Below, in pieces: positions 37,850-50,560 of a DNA stretch of 64,000 nucleotides (position 1 is its first letter; each line of letters opens with the position of its first letter). Source of the DNA: Camelus ferus (Eukaryota); the NCBI RefSeq assembly GCF_009834535.1, contig NC_045696.1, positions 77,378,001 to 77,442,000 on the forward strand. Reading direction: 5' to 3'. The notes beneath the pieces are model-generated. The model worked only from the letters and a program-made list of their open reading frames with translations. It did no database searches and was not told the origin of the DNA. The position numbers and the translations under genes were made by a program.

Positions 37850-40800
37850 TTTGCTTAATGCCAGAACCCTGGTGTGAAGACTGCTCTTCCCAGTCCCACA
37901 CCACTCCTTGCGTACCTTTGCCTCACGCAACTGCAGTCCCTGGCTCCCTTCCTGAGTTTTCTTTCTGATGGCTGATGATATTAACAATAGCAACAACCTC
38001 TATATCCTTTACTGTATCTCTGAATCTTCCCTTCCTGCCCCAAATGAAATCTGCTCAGCTTGGATGAAGTCCTCTCAAATGAAAGCCTTTATTTCTTTTT
38101 CTTTCACAGTCTGCCTGCCTTAGTCCTGGTATTAGGATACAAATCCTCCTTGATCTCTGTTGCTTCCCTCAAACGATTTCTTCTCCAAAGACCAGGGCTT
38201 CTGACAGCTATTTCTCTCCACTTTCCCGTCTGCTGCCTCCCCTTGTTCGCCACCAGCCTTTCCACCACTCTAAATAACATTCTTAGCAATTTCACCACTC
38301 GTATTGTTGGTCCTTCTAAAACCTTGGTCTCTCAGTTCTTCCATCTTTTCTCCTCCATTCCTCTTCAGCCGCACTCTCATAGACATACTAATTTCATCAA
38401 GTGTAAAATCTTTAACCATCCTCCCTTCTTGCTACCTTCTAATCTTCTAGCTCATGTCTTTTAATAAACCCTCTATAGTATTTCTTCTACCTCATGGAGA
38501 GCTCTAATACATTACCTCTCACTTTCTTATGCTCAGTAACTAAGTTTGTGTCTTCATGATAAGCCTAGAATCTGTGGTTTATTTAATCATCCCTGCAAAA
38601 CCCTTTACTTTCATTGTTTCTTCATGTTTTGAACGTGAATGGTAAAAGCCCAGCTAAGGTTAAAAATATCTTTCTATTACCTTTGTGCCTGAGTTTAAGA
38701 TGGTGAATGTTTCTAGAGAGGAACACACAAATTTTCTGACTTCCTCAATTTAAATTCAGTGCCAAGTATATGGCAATGCTCAAAACTGCCAGGCAACCTG
38801 GTTTATTTATTTAGGTTCACTTTCCCCATCATCCAAAAGTTTCAGTCTTCTCCTTCCTCCTCTCCATTCTTCCTCTGCATCCCTCACTCTCACCTGATGA
38901 CTAAGGAAATAGATGTAATAAGCTCAGACCTCCCTAGTATTCTCATTCTGTAAAGAACCAGTCTGCCTTTATCCTTTCACACACTTGCTTTTCTTTTTTT
39001 TTTTTTTTAATTATGTATAAGTTCACTTTGTCCCTATCATAGACCATACCTTACCCTTCTTTTGATTTACTTCATCTGATCTTCTTAAGATTGTTCCTTC
39101 CCTAATTATTTCATGTCTCTCAATTATTTTTCCTTTTCTGCTAGATCATTCTTCTTAGCATGCATTCTCTACCATACTCTATCTAAAATAACAAAAACAA
39201 CAAGAATCCTTAGTAAACCCCATACCCGACTCTAGTAACCTTTCCCACCTTCCATGTCTCTGGTTTAATTTACAGCCATTTGCCTTGTCCATTTCTCCAC
39301 ACTCTCACCTCAGATTCTTTCCTTAATTCATTTCAATTGAGCTCCTGTTCCAAGCAATCTATGAGTGATTTTCCAGTGAAAGCCACAATGTGTATATTTC
39401 AAAATCTAGTAGCCACTGGGCAATATAGCTCTAGTTGGCTCTCTAGATTCCTTCTCCACCCTTTTCCGCCCTATTCTTTGCCCTGGGAGGCAGATCTGTG
39501 TGAAGTACAGTCATATATCTTGGCTTATTGTCTCTAGTTGGCTTCAGTCAATGGAAAGCACCGGCAGAAGACCAGAGGCCAGAATGAGATTTCAGTAGGG
39601 ATATTTAATCCTTCATCTTCCTCTCTGCAAGAATATGTGAACTTATTGTGTTCCTTGACCAATGCCACTTCTCTTACAGTAACCCTCTCTGTAGGAAATT
39701 CCTTCCAAGTTCTAGTAACCACTTTATCCTCTGGTGTCTCTGGTCCTAAGAATGGTTAAAAATACACAAAAAAACAATAAAACCTTTTCTACTATTATCC
39801 TTTGTGATTTCCTTATACCCAGCACATAGGTTTATATACAATCCTTTTATTAAACCTTCTTGAATTACCCTATTTTGTATATATCATCTATTTCTTGCTG
39901 ACATACAGACGGAAACAGTCACTTTTCTATTTATTTTTTTATCGTTTAACATCATGACAGCATTTTGTACTTTTTCTTCCTGAAACCCATTCTTCTTTGG
40001 CTGTTGTACTCTATACTTCCTTGTTTTCCTTCTAATTCACTGGTTTCTTCTAAATCTCACTCACTAAGTCTTCCTCTTCTATTCAGCTTTCAAATATCAA
40101 TGTACACTGTGGCTTATCTTTGTACCACTGCTATTCTAATTAAAATGTTTGCCTATTCGATCTTATCCAATCTTGTGACTTTTAATAAATCTATGTGTTA
40201 ATGACACTCTTTCACTAGCTCTGACCTCTCCTAAAATGCAGATCTTGAATATCAAGCTACCTACCATGTGATTTCTCCATGTAGATTTCTGTTAAGCATC
40301 TCAAGATAAACCAGAGCTTGTCCAAACTTCTCATTCCCTAGTTGCCATGATGTCCATAAACACTACCAGCATATACCTCATCTTAAAACCAAATATCGAG
40401 AATTAATCTTGAGTTTTTTTCTTTCACTAATTTTCCATATCAGTTTTAACAGCTGATCTTACAGATTCAACCTACAGAGCATATTCTGAATCTATGCATT
40501 TCTTTCCATTCTTATCCCTAACCACTCATGTCAAAGTCATGACCATCTCCCCTGCAGACTGCTACTACCTTTTTATAATTGATTCCTCAAGTAGCAGCCT
40601 TGATTATCTTTTTAAAAGTAGAGGTCAAAGCAAATCATTTTCTTGTTTGAATGTCCTCTCCTCACGTTTTCCATAACACTTAAACTTCTTATCCTGGTTT
40701 ATAAAACTCTAAGTAACTAAACATTCTGTCTTTGTTCTACTCTTTCTCTTTCCCAATATACTTCAGCCACTCTGACCTTCTCTGTTTTTTAAACATGTTA

Positions 40801-41125
40801 ATCTCACATCTAACTCAAGGCCTTTGCACAGGGTGTCCCCTCTGCCTGAAATGCTTTTCCTCTAGATTTTGTATGACTTTTTTCTCCTCTTGGATCTCAG
40901 TTTAACTATCAGCTTTTCAAGAAGCTTTCTGTAATCATGAGATCAAAAAACAACTACCAAGCCATGCTTGGACACATCAACCTATTTTAATTTTTATTAT
41001 AGTATTTTTCTTTTTAAACTATTTCATATGTGTATATATATTTCCCTTTTCTTCACCAAAGTATGCAAGTATTTAAACTGTACCTAGAACAGACCAAGTG
41101 CTTAAAAATATTTGCTGAATAAATA
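37850..41125 (+). mobile_element. Long degenerate L2 LINE, split by an ERVL LTR
   Basis: Pyrimidine-rich L2 ORF relic; ctcaaggcctttgcacagg...cctctgcctgaaatgcttt; 3' tail aaatatttgctgaataaataa. Confidence 0.75.
39420..39905 (+). mobile_element. ERVL solo LTR (LTR33-like)
   Basis: agattccttctccacccttttccgccctattctttgccctgggaggcaga...caatggaaagcaccggcagaagaccagagg...ccttttattaaac. Confidence 0.75.
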
Positions 41126-41961
41126 ATGCCTGAACACATTTGGATTACTTTTTAAGAAAGTATTGATATTACCTCCCCAGGTATTCAAAAACGTTATAAT
41201 GGAATTTCAATTAAAAACCGGTAAGAACTGAGCAATGTCAGCTCTGCCCTGATGACAAACAGCCAGCCCAATGGGAAAATTTCACTATTTACCCTGTCCT
41301 TATTCAAATTGTTTCTGCAAAAGTGAAATTGCATTTATTCATCATTTGCTTTTCCATTATGGGAAGTCCTGTAGACTTTGGGTGCACAAAAATGAAAGAT
41401 CTTTTCTTGCCCTCAAGAAATCCATTACTACTTTTCTTACAAGTCTCCATGACTTCTGAATCTAGTGCATCATCAGCAAACATAATAGGCAAAATGCACA
41501 CACTGTGAAACATTCAAATTTATAGACTACATACATATCTAGCAGGAATAAATACAATGAGTATAATTAAGACTTGACCTTGCATTGATGGTGCACAAAA
41601 CCTAATAATTATTTTTTGGATAACATTTGCCAACTAAATGTTTTCCTTTGCATTACCAGCCTAGCAATTAAGTTGTTTCAAAGTTACTGTATATGGAAAG
41701 TAAGCTCATAAGTAAGAGGTGTTTGATGGAGGTCCAGATTATACATAAAGTCAGCTCTTGGAATTTGAATTGTGTTATTATCTCTAAAGGAGCTTATACA
41801 AGCCATTATTGTATTTGTGTATCTATTAAAATGTTTATTAAATATAAATGTCTAAAATATATTAAAATTTTAGAACAGTGTCTCAGAATTCTGGCATTTT
41901 TAATATACTAGATATGAGTGATTGAATTATTTGATAACTGTTCTTCACTCCTGTTTCAATC

Positions 41962-42185
41962 TTTTTTATTGAAGTATAGTTGATTTACAATGTTGTATTA
42001 GTTTCTGGTGCACAGCATAGTGATTCAGTTATACATATATATATTATTTTCCATATTCTTTTTTATTATAGGGTATTACAAGCTATTGAATATAGTTCTC
42101 AGTGCTATATGCAGTAGGACCTTGTTTATCTATTCTATGTATAGTAGTTTGTATTTCCTAATATCAAACTTCCAGTTTATCCCTC
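41962..42185 (-). mobile_element. 5'-truncated young L1 3' end
   Basis: ttttattgaagtatagttgatttacaatgttgtattagtttctggtgcacagcatagtgattcag. Confidence 0.9.
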
Positions 42186-42194
42186 AGTGTACCC

Positions 42195-42392
42195 TGATCT
42201 GGTGGAGAGCAGAAAGAAAAGAGGCTCTTCCAGGTCTCTTACAAGACATTGATCTCACCACAGGGCCTCCATCCTCATGATGTCATCTAATCCTCACTAC
42301 CTCCCAGAGGTCCCATTTTCGAATACTGTCACATCGGGAGTAGGGTTTCAACATTTGAACTTTGAGGGGACACAAACATTCAGTCCCTGACC
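42195..42392 (-). mobile_element. MaLR LTR fragment (MLT1A/MST-like)
   Basis: cctcatgatgtcatctaatcctcactacctcccagagg...tttgagggggacacaaacattcagtcc. Confidence 0.8.
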
Positions 42393-44446
42393 CCAGGCAC
42401 TGACCCTCCAGCCTAAGACCCAGAATGAGACACATAGTACAGAGCCATTGCAACAGATTCACACATCTACAGCCTAAAGCAGAGCTAGCCGAATAACCTG
42501 AAGCCCTGCAGTATAAAGTAGAGCTACTTTAGCTAAACCAAAGACGTATAAGCAAAAATAAACTTATTTTTGTATACCCTGAGCCCTATAGTTCTCTGAG
42601 ATGCTCTGTGCTCAGCACTATCCCAGACAATCAGTTCACCCAGGTCAGGAAGGTCTCAGGTGACTGATAGTCATACACTCAAAGTCTTAGGCTTTTAGAA
42701 TTGAAATCTAGGTGCAATATTTGAGTCCTTTCGTCTTCACTCCATGTCCAAAGAGTCTTGTATTCATTTTCTTCTTTTGCACTACTTCTTAAAATCACCA
42801 TATAAAATTGTAAAGATTAGTTAAGAGTTTTTCCCTCTGAGGTCCCTTACATCCTGTGACTTTGTCTGTTTTAACCATCTGCTCAGGTTTTTTTCTCCCA
42901 AAGCAATTCAAATGCATGCCCTGTATGCTAGGTTGCAGTTTTACTTCTAATTTTTCTTTCCATCTTCCAATAATTTAAATATTGCCTTCCTCTCCTTAAA
43001 TTATTAAAGCTCAGCTCTTTCAAAACAAAGCCATATTATTCTAATTAATTCTCTATCTCAGGCAATAAATTAATAAACATTTTGTTTATGACTGCTATGT
43101 GCAGGGTTTTATGCTAGTTGTTTCGCGAGTACTAAGATATATGAGACACTGTCTTTGACTTCATTTACACTTGCAGAGACAAATCAGTTAAAAACTATAG
43201 AACAAGGGAGTAGAAGATAGGTGCGCCATGAATGGAATGGCTAAGGAGTTCTACTTTTGTTCTGTGCTGGTTTGTATGTATTATATTTTAGCCATTTTTC
43301 AAGATCATCTTTCCAGTAATGTTGATGTTGAGTGTGTACCAGAGGAGACAAAATCATCTAAATGTACAATGCTGCCTATTTAAACTATATGAAATTTCGG
43401 CAAAAATGGAAGTCAAAAATGCTGAAATATCAAGATACATAGATTAGCTCTACTCTATGAAGCACATATTGGTTAAGGAAAACAAAGAATCTTTGTTTTT
43501 CATCCATATGTGAGTAACTGATATGTGTAGGAACTTGAAATGTTTAATATGTAGTCTCTAGTTAGTAAAATGGGAATAATAGAGTTTACTATCTGCACAG
43601 ACAGGATTTTAAAATCAATTTAATGTTTATAAAGTAATTTAATAAAACTATTAGTCCATTAGTGATAAAAAGGATTACTAGTTAAATGTTTTGATCATGG
43701 ATTTTTATTGAAAGTTTCTTTAAAACCAAAATAATCACTCTTTTTTTGAGCTTTGTAATTAAAGAATTAAAGAATAGCTGTTTCACTCATGAATATTGTG
43801 CTATATGGTGAGTGGGCAGAACTCCACATTATATCTCATTATTCATTTTTTTTCTTGTTGTTTTACACAGTCACTTAACTTAGTCCAACATTTGTGTGTG
43901 TAACTAAGTAGCCCAATGAGCCAGAACGGATTTTAAGACCTTGCTGCCCTTTCAACTGAGAAGTCCGTGTTTGACACTATTTCCTTAAGGAAATAATCAA
44001 CAAATTTGCAAAACAACAGAAGGCATCAAGTTTTACTGCTGGTCTCTGAATTATAATATTAAATTATGTGTTAAAAAGGTATTAAGCTCGCAGTCTTCTG
44101 GAATAACCATCATCATTATATCATATTGCTTTCCATTTGAATTAGCATATAAATGAACAAAGATGGCCAACCACATAGCCAAGATGAGATTTGCCATCTT
44201 AAGCATTTAGTTGCCTTGGAAGCAGATTGTATAAAATGCAAACCAGTGTGCTTGAAAGCTGATATTTACTTGTTTGGGAATTTAGAGTTCTCGAGTTAGG
44301 ATAGCAAAGACATACAGAGCAATTACATAATTTTTCCCAACAGATCTTTGAAAACATGTTCAAAAGATTCCAGAGAACTAAGCAGGTAGAAATAGTTTGT
44401 TAAAAGGTGACACGGGATTGAGAGATTTTTTTTTCTACCATTTGGG

Positions 44447-44610
44447 AGAAAACTTGAATGTTTTTTAAAGCTGAGGGAAGGAAACCAGGAGGGAAAGAGA
44501 AGTAAAAATTTGACAGTACAAGATAGGAAGAAAACTTGAATGTTTTTTAAAGCTGAGGGAAGGAAACCAGGAGGGAAAGAGAAGTAAAAATTTGACAGTA
44601 CAAGATAGGA
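44447..44610. repeat. Perfect 82-bp tandem duplication (2 copies)
   Basis: 44447-44528 and 44529-44610 are identical base for base. Confidence 0.97.
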
Positions 44611-44689
44611 AATATTAAGAGAGAAAAATCTCTTCAAAGTAAGACATTATTAATAAGCCAAATATTTTTAAAGGTTTTAAACTACTAAA

Positions 44690-45150
44690 AACACAGAAAA
44701 TTTAAAAATAGCCCTCTCAAAATTTTTTCAGTTTAAAAAAGAGTGAGTTCTCATCTTTAGACTTTCAATTTCCCAATATCAGTGCCCTAACTCTAACCCA
44801 GACTAACCCAGACCTACCCTCCTCCACGTACTGTTAACAGTCTAGTGTATTATATTCAGCTGATTATTTTGTATACTTTGTTAGCACACTTACGCACATA
44901 CGTGCATACACACATACAGATTTTGCTTTTATAAAAATGAACCATTATATATATATATTATTCTGTAATTTTCATTAAAAATGTATCATTGCTACTTTCC
45001 CAGGTGAATGTGCCTGTGTATCACATTCTTATTAAGGGCTGCTTTCTTATAGCTGTTTAGTATGAATGTATTTTATTGACCATTCCCACAATAATGGCTA
45101 TTTAGCTGGTTTCCAGTTTTTGATATTGAAAGTAGTGCTTTAAAAAGACA
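44690..45150 (-). mobile_element. Old L1ME-like 3' end
   Basis: actgttaacagtctagtgtat...ggctatttagctggtttccagttttt. Confidence 0.6.
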
Positions 45151-46479
45151 TTTTTTTCTCTGAAAAGAAAGGACTGGATCCCGATAAAGATTTTTTTTTC
45201 ACCCCAGCTTTACTGAGATATCATGACAAACACTTTTGTGGAGATACTATTTTTATTAATTTTATCATAGAAAATCTCAGTGAACCTGCTGAGAGGCCAA
45301 GTAGAAGCTGCAGTCCCACAGACTTCTTCCCCAAGGTGTCTCTTTTCAGATTCTCAAAGCTTTTCTGAGCCAGGGTATAATCTGTCCATCTTCCAACGTG
45401 TAGGTTTTAGAGAACATTTCTTTCTTTAGTCTTCCGTGTCCTGGCTCTGCCCACATATATTTAATTCAAGCCCACCTACTCTTTTTCCTCCAGAGGAGAA
45501 TTTTCAGTAATGATTCCTCTAGTCTTTGATCAGTTTTTGCATTTCTAACTCACAGTTTCTTATGCTGTTTTACAAAGTGGTTTCACTAGTGGCATGATAT
45601 TTGGAGAGCTCACATGGAAGAAATCAAACTGTTTCTATTGCTTTTATTTTCCATTTGCTTGATCTGATGTTTAAGCAATCAGCCAAATTCTGTTAGGCAA
45701 CTGTGTTACATAATTCCAGTGAGTGAGATGATGATAGAATTCCAAGTACCATAATTTTCTAAATCTATTTTCTAATGAAAATTTGTTGTAGGGAAGACAG
45801 CCATAATATAGAAAATTATTACCTAGAGAGAAAAAAGACACAGTTTAATCATTTCAAAGGCATCAAAAGAATGCAAAAATCTCTATATAATTTTTGAAGA
45901 TTATATATTATGAGTAAAATCTTTTCATGCATCAATAAAATTAATTAAAATCTTAATGCTGAAAAGAAAATAATTATATTCTTTCAATAATGACTACATG
46001 TTAATACTAGTAATATACAGCTTCATAGTATCTTTCTATTTAACTGTATTAAATTTTAAACTCTATGTAGAGTGTTGCTTGCTTTGTATCCAGAAATTTC
46101 TATTTTTGTGAGATTAACACTGTCCTTGGTTACCTTTCCAGGAGCAAGACTCAGACATTTGAATTTCAGAAACAATGAAATAATAACAGGAAATATAGTG
46201 TGAGGTGAAGGAATGATTGTAACTGAGAGCACAGGGACCACTTTCTCCTGTCCTGTATGACTCATTCACAGGAGTTTTTTGTTCAGTGGAAGAATACATG
46301 ACTGAATGATGGAATTGTGGGAAAGATATTTTGTGTATATTTTTTTTTTTACTATAAAATGAAGATTACAAAAAAAACTCATTATCTGGAAATTTCCTCA
46401 TATGAATTCTAGCAAATGAAATGTCAAATAGAACAGCAAAATTATCTATAAAAATATTTACTTAAAAAATCATTCTTAT

Positions 46480-47175
46480 TCTGAGAGAACTAGATATGCA
46501 CATTTTTTTCTATTCACTTTCAATTTTTAGGCATTGCTTTATTTTCTTTTGATGTATCTTTAATTATGTAAAATATTTAAGTTACTCTAAAATCAAAAAC
46601 ATAAAGCAAGTTCAGTCCATAGAAGTCTCACTTTCATGCCTGGTTCCTCATTCCTTATATTGCTGTGCATTTATTAGTTTTTTGCTTATTCTGCTATCAC
46701 TTTTCTTAGAAAATATAAGAAATCAAGACATGCATCTACATATCAGATACAGATACACATGCAAACACAGACACATATATTTCTCTTTCCATTTGAAAAA
46801 AGATGTTTTGTATGAAGAACACTATGAAAATTTCACCTTTTCTTTTCCACTTAAAAAAAGTATCCTAGCAATCATTCCATGCCCAATATATAAAGACCTT
46901 CCTCAATCCTTTTCATATATTCATAAAAATCTATTTACAGAATAAGCAGATTTGATTTCACCAGTCCATATTGGTAACATGGAAGTAGTTTCAGTCTTTA
47001 GTTACTATAAATAGAGCCACACTATTCTGTGCCTATGTCATTATGTATGTTTGCTAGTGTATCTAGAGATAGTTTGCTAGAAGTAGAATTAGTAAAAAGT
47101 AGATGCATATGCAATTTTGATAAATAGTACCAAATTCATCTCCATGGGTGTTGTAACATTTGAATTCCATTTAGT
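46480..47175 (-). mobile_element. Old L1M 3' end
   Basis: tatcctagcaatcattccatgcccaatatataaagaccttcctc...tgctagaagtagaatt...caattttgataaatagtaccaaatt. Confidence 0.7.
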
Positions 47176-47249
47176 GAGAGTCACTTAAAGCAGCTTGTCG
47201 TTATGTGTTTGGCATTGTTTTAAACTATGTGCTATATTTTGTACTAATC

Positions 47250-47600
47250 CTGAGGTTCGACATCTTGTCTTCTTCCAGCAAGGAGTTTTTTTCCTGCACT
47301 GCTGTTCACTGCTTTTCACTTTCAAAGTTCCAGGTGTAGAGGAGTCTCCACCTCCTACCCAAAGGCACAAAGCACAAAATTCCATTTCTGTTCAGATGTA
47401 GACATTTTCCCAAAAGACAAACCCCTCTTTGAGATTGTGTTAACCTTCTGTACTTCCTGTTTCATTTACAGTTTCATATTCTTTTTTGGTGGAAAGGGTC
47501 GATTTCCATGACTGTCTATAAAGCCTAAGAGTTTTAAAATGCATCTTTGCTGTAATTTACCCACATTCTAGATGTGCTCTGGAGAAGGACCTTTGAGCGG
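47250..47600 (-). mobile_element. Putative L3/CR1 3' fragment
   Basis: Minus strand GCACATCTAGAATGTGGG and AATGGAAT...TGCCTT...GGAGGTGGAGACTCCTCTACACCTGGAA resemble L3 3'-region motifs. Confidence 0.4.
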
Positions 47601-48329
47601 TGTACTGCTCTGCCTTAGTACCAGGAGTAAAAATTATATTTTTTAAGAGACTTTTTTTTCATTGCTTCTTTATCTGAGATTTTAAGCTCTTTCTCATTCT
47701 CAATATTGTGTTTTTCTTTTTTATTGATGAATCATAAGAGAGAATTTTTGTTTGTGTTGTTTTATATTGGCCATTTCAGAGTTCTTAGATATATTTATTA
47801 ATTCTGCCCTTTATAGTTCATCCAGCTCCTGGATTTATTTATTAATTCCATCCTTTATAATCCACCCATATTCATACTACTTATAATCTTAAGGGGAATA
47901 CTTAGACTTCTTTCATAAACATGAAATATGAACAGTTTAATAAATAAACTATTTAGAGCTGATTATTCTGATTATAGATTTGGCTGTATCTCATACATTA
48001 TTATATGTATTACTTTCATTGAATTCAATTACCTAAATAAGTTACCATTTATAAGAATTCTTTAAAGTGAATTTTTTATATGTATGAGTTGCAATGTTTC
48101 ATATCTTTATGCCATTAATTTCCAGTTTTATTATATTTTGGCCAAAATATGTGGTTACAGGGTTGATTATTCAGATGTATTGAGTTTTCAGATATGTGAA
48201 AGCAATGTAATCAAAATTTGGTAATGTTCCAGGGGTAATTACAAAAAGAATTATTCTCTGCATTCTGCTTATTTAACTCAAATTCACTGTGGATGTATTA
48301 GACCAAACTTTCTCAGTGTCTCAGTGACC

Positions 48330-49060
48330 TCCACCCCTTTTCATGGCCTTTTGTCCTCCACCTGTGTGGCTGGTTGATTAGTTACTGTTAAGAGTCCAGG
48401 ACCAGGACCAGGATCCAGGCACTGGTGAGGCTGAGAACATGGGCTCTTCTATCTTCAGAATGACATTTCTCTATTTGATCTTTTCTTGGGGTCTAGTTAG
48501 CCACTGTGCCCGGGTATTTGTGTATTTAAGATATTTTTTCTCTTTGGTCCAATTTCCACTGTAGGTACGTCATGGGGCCATTTTCAGCTTCACTCAGTAC
48601 AGAGCCTTTTGAGGCAAATTCTTTGCACCTGGGATACTTTCTAATAGAGGTGGTCAGGTTGCTTTTGGAAAACCTAATGCAGCTTGTTCATGTGCTGTCC
48701 CAAGGAAAGTGACCTTTGTCTTAACTTTAGGTGGTATTTAGTGTCAGCAGCGAGACCCAGCCTGCCAAAAAGAGAATGCTAGGTGTAGGACATTTTGGCC
48801 AAATTGTGCTCTGTTTACATCCTGTGGCTAAAACATCATCTTCTCAAGAAGGTCAGTTGTGCGTTGATTCATGCTGTTCCTTTCAGTCTGATCTTGGTTG
48901 CACTGTATGTGGAAGAAATTCTCAAGGCCTGTCTTTTATGGATAATATCCTTCCTTATACAAGTTTTCCTCTACTCTTGTAGACCGTTGATCATTTAAGT
49001 CAGGATTTCAGAAACACTCGATGTCACTTTTTGAGATGCTACTTTTTAGCAGTCTCATAA
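48330..49060 (-). mobile_element. Putative Gypsy-like (MamGyp-type) RT/RNaseH fossil
   Basis: Ordered degenerate motifs: LYKE-DII (cf. VYLDDIL), AQLTFL (cf. EVTFLG), PTP, KGHFPWDST...KSNLTTSIRKYPRCKEF (cf. FxWT...LTTAPVLAYPDxxKEF), LTVTNQP (cf. FTVxTDHQPL). Confidence 0.5.
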
Positions 49061-49733
49061 TTGTGATTTCTTAGAAGCATTGAAAATGAGCTTTTTCTTT
49101 GTAAGACTAGTGGATATTTTAAAATCTGTTCCCACATATACAAATAACTGAAAATTGATCTACCAGCATTAAAGTATGATCTGTTTCACTTTGTAAAGAT
49201 TGCAGTAGCAAGGATAAGTGTAGAGGATCAGGAGGTATGGACAATTTAAATAACGAGTCCTGCTTCGTGAAGATTTAGAATGAGGGGATAAAGAAATATG
49301 CCCCCAGCTTATCTTTAATTACCCATACTCGCCAAAGTAAATTGGAAATGTTCAAATTAATCAGAGTGTCAAATACCTAAGCCCCCACAGCTACTGTAGG
49401 TTTTATTACTTCTTTTGTCAAAGTGTTTAGTTTTTTGCTAATTGGGCTTCCTAGTAGATATTTGAAGTCAATTAGCATTTTAAAATCAGTGTCTTCTACT
49501 ATATTTCTATTCCATAAACTCAGGGAATAATTGCTAATGTGAAAGAAGTGCTCCAAGGCAGTGATTTCCCTGCTTCAGAAATCGGTGGACACAAAGGGAC
49601 AAAAGCTGTAAGATGTTTATAATGCAGAGATTAGTGAAGATGCACAAAGCTTTTAGATGCACCAAATCAAAGCTGTACATAAAAGCTATCAGGCAGTTAT
49701 CTCATCTTTTAAGCCAAAATGTCTATACTTAAA

Positions 49734-49847
49734 TAGGTAGGTAGGTAGATAAATAGATTGATGATTGATACATACATACATACATACATACATACATACA
49801 TACATACATACATACATACATAAATAGAAAGATAGACAGACAGACAG
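49734..49847. repeat. Compound tetranucleotide microsatellite with (TACA)13 core at 49769-49820
   Basis: (TAGG)3, TAGA-like units, (TACA)13, (GACA)3 by direct count. Confidence 0.95.
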
Positions 49848-50369
49848 GTAGCCAAGGCTTAGCTCAGTATGAGGAATATAGCCTGTAACAGATAAATCTT
49901 CAATTATTTAAATACTTGACTGACTTCAAAGCACTGGACTGTGGTAACAAGTTTCCTCGTGTAATTTTCTATGTTTTATATATATATTTTTTTTTTTTTC
50001 TGTCTCCACAAAATTTAATTGTCTGGTGCAACAAGTAATAAACCAAACACGTTCAACTCAACTCCGGGAGGGGGTCTAGTGTTTTGACTAAAGAACACTG
50101 ACAAGAGGCTCTACCTTAAATGTTCTTTGTTTGCTTAAAATTATTCATATAATTTTATAACCAAATCTGACATTCTGTGTTCCCCCTTAAGGAAAACAAA
50201 AAAAAGCCTTCCTGTAGCAAAATAACAATTAAACCGAAGGAGGATGAGGATCGGAACTTAAGCTGAAGGAGCCAGTCGGGTTTCAGAACCCCTCCTATGA
50301 CAGGCTGGCTTCCAGATACTGAAAGTGCCACCTGATGCAGCATGCCTAGTGTGAAAGGACACTTCCTCT

Positions 50370-50560
50370 AGGTGGAACAGCATGGACTGAGTCACAGCTC
50401 CATCATTTCTTTGCTATAAGTCTGTGGAAATTCACTAAATCTCACCTGCATTCAATTTCCTCATATGTATATTAGAAGGATTACAAGATCTCCCGCCTAG
50501 ATCGTTGTTAGAAGAGCATTACTGAGACTGGTAGCTAAGTACCAACATCTAGAAATGTTC
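50370..50560 (+). mobile_element. MIR fragment
   Basis: ggtggaacagcatggactgagtcacag...ttcactaaatctc...caatttcctcatatgta. Confidence 0.55.
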
